Shown here piece after piece: positions 34,640 to 39,228 of a stretch of DNA of 39,228 nucleotides. The stretch's first letter is position 1; every line of letters starts with the position of its first letter. Under the pieces are notes generated by a model that was not told the origin of the DNA, did no database searches, and saw only the letters and a list, made by a program, of their open reading frames with translations. Both the position numbers and the translations under genes were made by a program. The DNA comes from Trichinella spiralis (lineage: Eukaryota). Where the stretch lies: NCBI RefSeq assembly GCF_000181795.1, contig NW_003526945.1, forward strand, positions 3,295,513 to 3,334,740, read 5' to 3'.

Positions 34640-36710
34640 TCGTTGGCAATCCCCTGAAATGGCCAATATCTATTTAACTATTTAGAATTAAACATCAACG
34701 CTGATGGAGTCATTACGCATGATTATTGTTTTTTTATTATTTGTGCAGTTTAGTGTAAACCTTATTGGATTAAATAAATGGGGTGCGTTTTAATCATTTA
34801 TTGGTTTTAAAAGTAATGTTTATATTTACTTTAAGACAAAACTTAGTCTTAAGTAAATAGTATTAGTGCAATTTGTACTACCAAGTGGAAATGCAAACTT
34901 ACTGATGTGTTTTCGATAGGTTCAAATTATTAAACTATTGAATAATGCAGTGAAATAAGCGACTTCTTGAAATATTGTTTAATCAAACTTAGGCGTTGTC
35001 TTGTTAAGGTACAGATTTTTATGAGGCCTTTCTGCTTATATGCTTTTAACTAAAGCTCGGCATTGTTATGTTTATTTAAAGTAATGAAATGCAGGTGTAA
35101 TACTTGTAAAAGAGAAATTCTATACAAATTTATAATTAAATCGCAGTGCGATTGCTAACGCTCGTGAATTCAGTTGCAGTTGCTGCCTGTCTACATGGAT
35201 GAACTTATGATATAAAATCCGCAATATTCAAGACAAAATTTTGATATTGAATTTGACATCTCAGTATTAAGACAAAAAATATGATAAACAGAGTATTAAT
35301 TGAAAACTTCCATATTTTGCATAAATAGTGCACAATGCCGTTTGCTGAACGATAATGGACGAAGAATGAAAATATGAGCAAATGTTTTTTCTTTATCATT
35401 GGATTTGAAAATGATGGAAAGAGAATGGACGTGAATGATAAGAAGAATGGCGTAATTTGGGTATGTATATTTTGTACAGTTAGGTTGTTAAATAGTTAAA
35501 CTTAGCTTAGGAATTCTCAAATTTATAATTTGATTAAATTTCAGGTATGAATTATCGAGCATTTAATGCAAATGATCATTGATTAGTGAAGTATCTTGTA
35601 AGTAGAAAATTAGTAATGTGAACTAATAATATTTAAATGAATATTGAGTGGCTTTCTGCACATGAGCATTTTCATGTTTCTCAGTTGAGATTAAGCTTCA
35701 TTTGCAGAAAGCAAAATGGTTGAATCATTTGTCGATCATTTTTAAGACCAATAATCACAATTATTGAGTTGTAGTGATACAAAGCTATGAGGAATGTGAG
35801 ATAGGGTGATGTGCAGGAGTTCGATGGGTTACACTGCATGATGCGACCGTTACCTTCTCTAATGATAAACTAGACATTTATAATGAACATTTAATTCATA
35901 ATAAATATTAAACGTTAAACATTCATAGATATCACAATTTATTCTTGTAAAGTATGAATATGTAATACTTATTAAATAATAATTTCCTTAAGTTCATAAC
36001 TTGTGTTTTACATTTTGTTTTCTACTGTTTTACTTACTGTTGTTCCAGTAGGCATTTCTTACTTTCCTTATCAGATTCTATTCTAACAGTGAACTAATTA
36101 TATAAAATTACATTACTCCAAGGAAAAGATTCATACATAGTAAGCATTCTTTGGTCAAGAGGAAAATATTACTAACAAACCCCGCGACGGTAAATACTTG
36201 AAAAAAGAATAATAATTACTGGAAAAATACGCAACAAGAAGGCGAATCTTCAGAAGATAAAGTAATACTGAGAGTAATGTGTGACAACAGTTCCGTTATT
36301 CATGAGGCAAATAAAACAGTGCGATAAACAGGCGATAATATCCAATCACTCACACAACCACGCAGTTCGGGGGTCAAAAAAGTCTTGGGAGTATCGAGTT
36401 CAACGAACTCAGCTAGAAAACGATCTTTAATGAAAATCACGATGATAAGCACAGAGCTTCGGAGCTGCGAAGCCGAACAGTGTTGACGGGTAGCGCTGGT
36501 ATGGCAACCAGTTCCAAATATATAGAAGAGAAGAATTGCCATATTGTACAGAAATTCCACTGCAGTCTGATCATTTTAGATAATTGTAATTTCCAAAGAG
36601 TCATCAATGAAAAAATTGCATGAACAAAGATTTTAATATAGAAAGATGCCGTAAAGAACAAACGAAGAGACAGACTAGGGTGGTGGTGTGACGCTTCGCA
36701 TTTCGTCCAA

Positions 36711-36865
36711 AATTTGCCCGCGTAGTCTCTTTTCGCTCACGCCAAACGTGATTGGTAGATACAGAATTTTCAATAGCTCGATGGTCTCTTTTCGCTCACG
36801 CAGAACATGATTGCTTGGCACGGAATTTTCCAATTGCTCGACGGAGTCTCTTTTAGCTCACGCCA
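36711..36865. repeat. Degenerate tandem repeat, 3 units of about 60 bp
   Basis: Core GTCTCTTTT(C/A)GCTCACGC at 36725, 36784 and 36846 (spacings 59 and 62). The intervening sequences also align (TGATTG...GAATTTTC.AAT.GCTCGA). Confidence 0.85.
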
Positions 36866-37735
36866 GCCGTTATTTCCAAACGAGAATCGTCTAATGAAAT
36901 TGGCTATGAGAAGAGCGCGTAGGTCGAAAGAAGATCTGCTGCTGACATTTCCGTGATACATTACACTCAATATTACTGTACATTTTGATGAACCACCTTA
37001 AATTTGCATACTTTTCGTATCATTATAACTCATCTTTATATCTATTTTACCGTTTACGTGTTTGTTATCTTTATTTTTCAATAAAAAGTGCTTACTATGA
37101 ACCTGTTGTTTCGAGTTGCGTCATTTTATCTAATTAATGTACAATTAAAATGCATTATAACTCATATTGTATTTGCATTGCTTTTTAAGCATCCTAATTA
37201 TTTTTGAATTATCTATGAAAACAGAAAAAAAGCATGCAATTAATCTCAGTTTTAAGGTGACATCATTTAACATATTTAGCATCCAATCAATGCATTCAAT
37301 TTTGCATTTACATTGCGCTTTATACTTTCTAATTATGATTTTAATAAATTTTTAAACTATTTAGCAAATATCATTACTTAAGAAAAGCTCAGTTTAATTG
37401 CTTAGCTATCCTAATGGTTACGGATTATAAAAAACGTGATTATAGAGAATTAAATCATCTTATGTATGAAGTACAAAAACTCGGCTTCGGCGTCTATAGC
37501 GACGCTTCACTACGTAAAAATGAATTCTAATATCTGCATCATCACAGATACATACGAATTCATTTGGAGCAACCTCCACCAAACATACACAATGGACAGG
37601 GTCATTGTGTAATGAGAAGTGTTTATGTGTTTAGCAAAGCTACAATTAAATTTTCACCTCAAACAAAGGGCATTAAGTAAATAAAGAGCAATGAAAAATC
37701 TACAGTAGCCATATTTATCAGCAGAAATAAATAAA

Positions 37736-38623
37736 NNNNNNNNNNNNNNNNNNNNNNNNNNNNNNNNNNNNNNNNNNNNNNNNNNNNNNNNNNNNNNNNN
37801 NNNNNNNNNNNNNNNNNNNNNNNNNNNNNNNNNNNNNNNNNNNNNNNNNNNNNNNNNNNNNNNNNNNNNNNNNNNNNNNNNNNNNNNNNNNNNNNNNNNN
37901 NNNNNNNNNNNNNNNNNNNNNNNNNNNNNNNNNNNNNNNNNNNNNNNNNNNNNNNNNNNNNNNNNNNNNNNNNNNNNNNNNNNNNNNNNNNNNNNNNNNN
38001 NNNNNNNNNNNNNNNNNNNNNNNNNNNNNNNNNNNNNNNNNNNNNNNNNNNNNNNNNNNNNNNNNNNNNNNNNNNNNNNNNNNNNNNNNNNNNNNNNNNN
38101 NNNNNNNNNNNNNNNNNNNNNNNNNNNNNNNNNNNNNNNNNNNNNNNNNNNNNNNNNNNNNNNNNNNNNNNNNNNNNNNNNNNNNNNNNNNNNNNNNNNN
38201 NNNNNNNNNNNNNNNNNNNNNNNNNNNNNNNNNNNNNNNNNNNNNNNNNNNNNNNNNNNNNNNNNNNNNNNNNNNNNNNNNNNNNNNNNNNNNNNNNNNN
38301 NNNNNNNNNNNNNNNNNNNNNNNNNNNNNNNNNNNNNNNNNNNNNNNNNNNNNNNNNNNNNNNNNNNNNNNNNNNNNNNNNNNNNNNNNNNNNNNNNNNN
38401 NNNNNNNNNNNNNNNNNNNNNNNNNNNNNNNNNNNNNNNNNNNNNNNNNNNNNNNNNNNNNNNNNNNNNNNNNNNNNNNNNNNNNNNNNNNNNNNNNNNN
38501 NNNNNNNNNNNNNNNNNNNNNNNNNNNNNNNNNNNNNNNNNNNNNNNNNNNNNNNNNNNNNNNNNNNNNNNNNNNNNNNNNNNNNNNNNNNNNNNNNNNN
38601 NNNNNNNNNNNNNNNNNNNNNNN
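37736..38623. other. Assembly gap (888 N)
   Basis: Run of n characters. Confidence 1.
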
Positions 38624-39228
38624 TTCAGGGCCATCGGTAGTCTGTTATCTTGGTTGCAAGGGTAAATTGTTGTTTAAGATGCCGGCGTTGTTAGGTTAGT
38701 TTATATGTGGGAATGAATTTAACGTGCAAGGTCATTTGTGAATTTAAAATTGTCCATTCCATAATGATAAGAATTAGCAGCACATAGTTTCTGATCATAT
38801 TACGGGCTTAGGATAGATTTCATGTTCAGTCAAAAAGTTTTTACGCCTAAAACCCGGTTTCTAACGCTGCATTATGCAAAATAACTATCGCTATAAGGCG
38901 CCTTATCATCAGTAAGGGTGCGTTTGTTTGTTTAATTTACGTGCCAATTAGTAGCATCGTTGAACGTTCTCTGAGTTCATTATAGCGTTAAGTAGCTGCT
39001 AAGGTCGGTTGCAGAATTACTGACAAGTATTCCATTTTTCTGCTTGTTATTTTTTTAACTTTGTTTACTCATTTTGTAAACAATTATTGTTTAATTAGAT
39101 AGCACTTAATTATTAGATTTGTTGTAAATCTATTTTGTGATAAAGTGAAGATAGTTTTGATTTAATATCATTATTACAGGTTTAAAGAATGGAGCAAAGA
39201 AAATGTGAAAACGTGGACGACACGAAGC

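Noticed and set aside
35374..35466. Short frame MSKCFFFIIGFENDGKRMDVNDKKNGVIW followed by GTATGT
   Set aside because: No in-frame downstream exon or homology could be established.
36725..36863. CRISPR-like array (18-bp repeats with spacers of about 42 bp)
   Set aside because: The spacers align with each other, there are only 3 units, there are no cas genes and the context is eukaryotic. It is a tandem repeat.
37654..38634. 326-aa ORF
   Set aside because: Artefact of translating the N gap.
1..39228. tRNA, rRNA, SL/snRNA genes, transposase or reverse transcriptase
   Set aside because: No recognisable signatures by eye. A tRNAscan-SE and Infernal/Rfam scan would be needed to exclude divergent ncRNAs.

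Overview
AT-rich eukaryotic genomic DNA with many short (about 50-90 nt) spliceosomal introns, often with TTTCAG-like acceptors. It is most likely a nematode; clade I/Trichinella-like is an inference from composition and gene style, not proven. Manual splicing gives six protein genes: the 3' part of meckelin/TMEM67 (+, 1-2790); a tight minus-strand trio of TMCO4 (9529-7447), CDK5RAP1/MiaB (6920-4528) and a GT10 alpha-1,3-fucosyltransferase (4199-2929); a large PLEKHG5/RHGF-2-like RBD-DH-PH RhoGEF (+, about 17380-29944); and NTF2 (+, 33643-34639). There are also microsatellites, a perfect 68-bp palindrome, a degenerate 60-bp tandem repeat and an 888-nt N gap. I found no prokaryote-type system, CRISPR array, tRNA/rRNA or intact transposon. 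The most notable signals are RNA-processing features. (1) The RhoGEF stop codon sits inside a splice donor, so splicing versus intron retention toggles a C-terminal PDZ-binding motif (LESSNV versus LESS). (2) A required CDK5RAP1 intron begins TTAAGT instead of GTAAGT. (3) The trio may be an operon. (4) The fucosyltransferase has an altered donor-binding motif.
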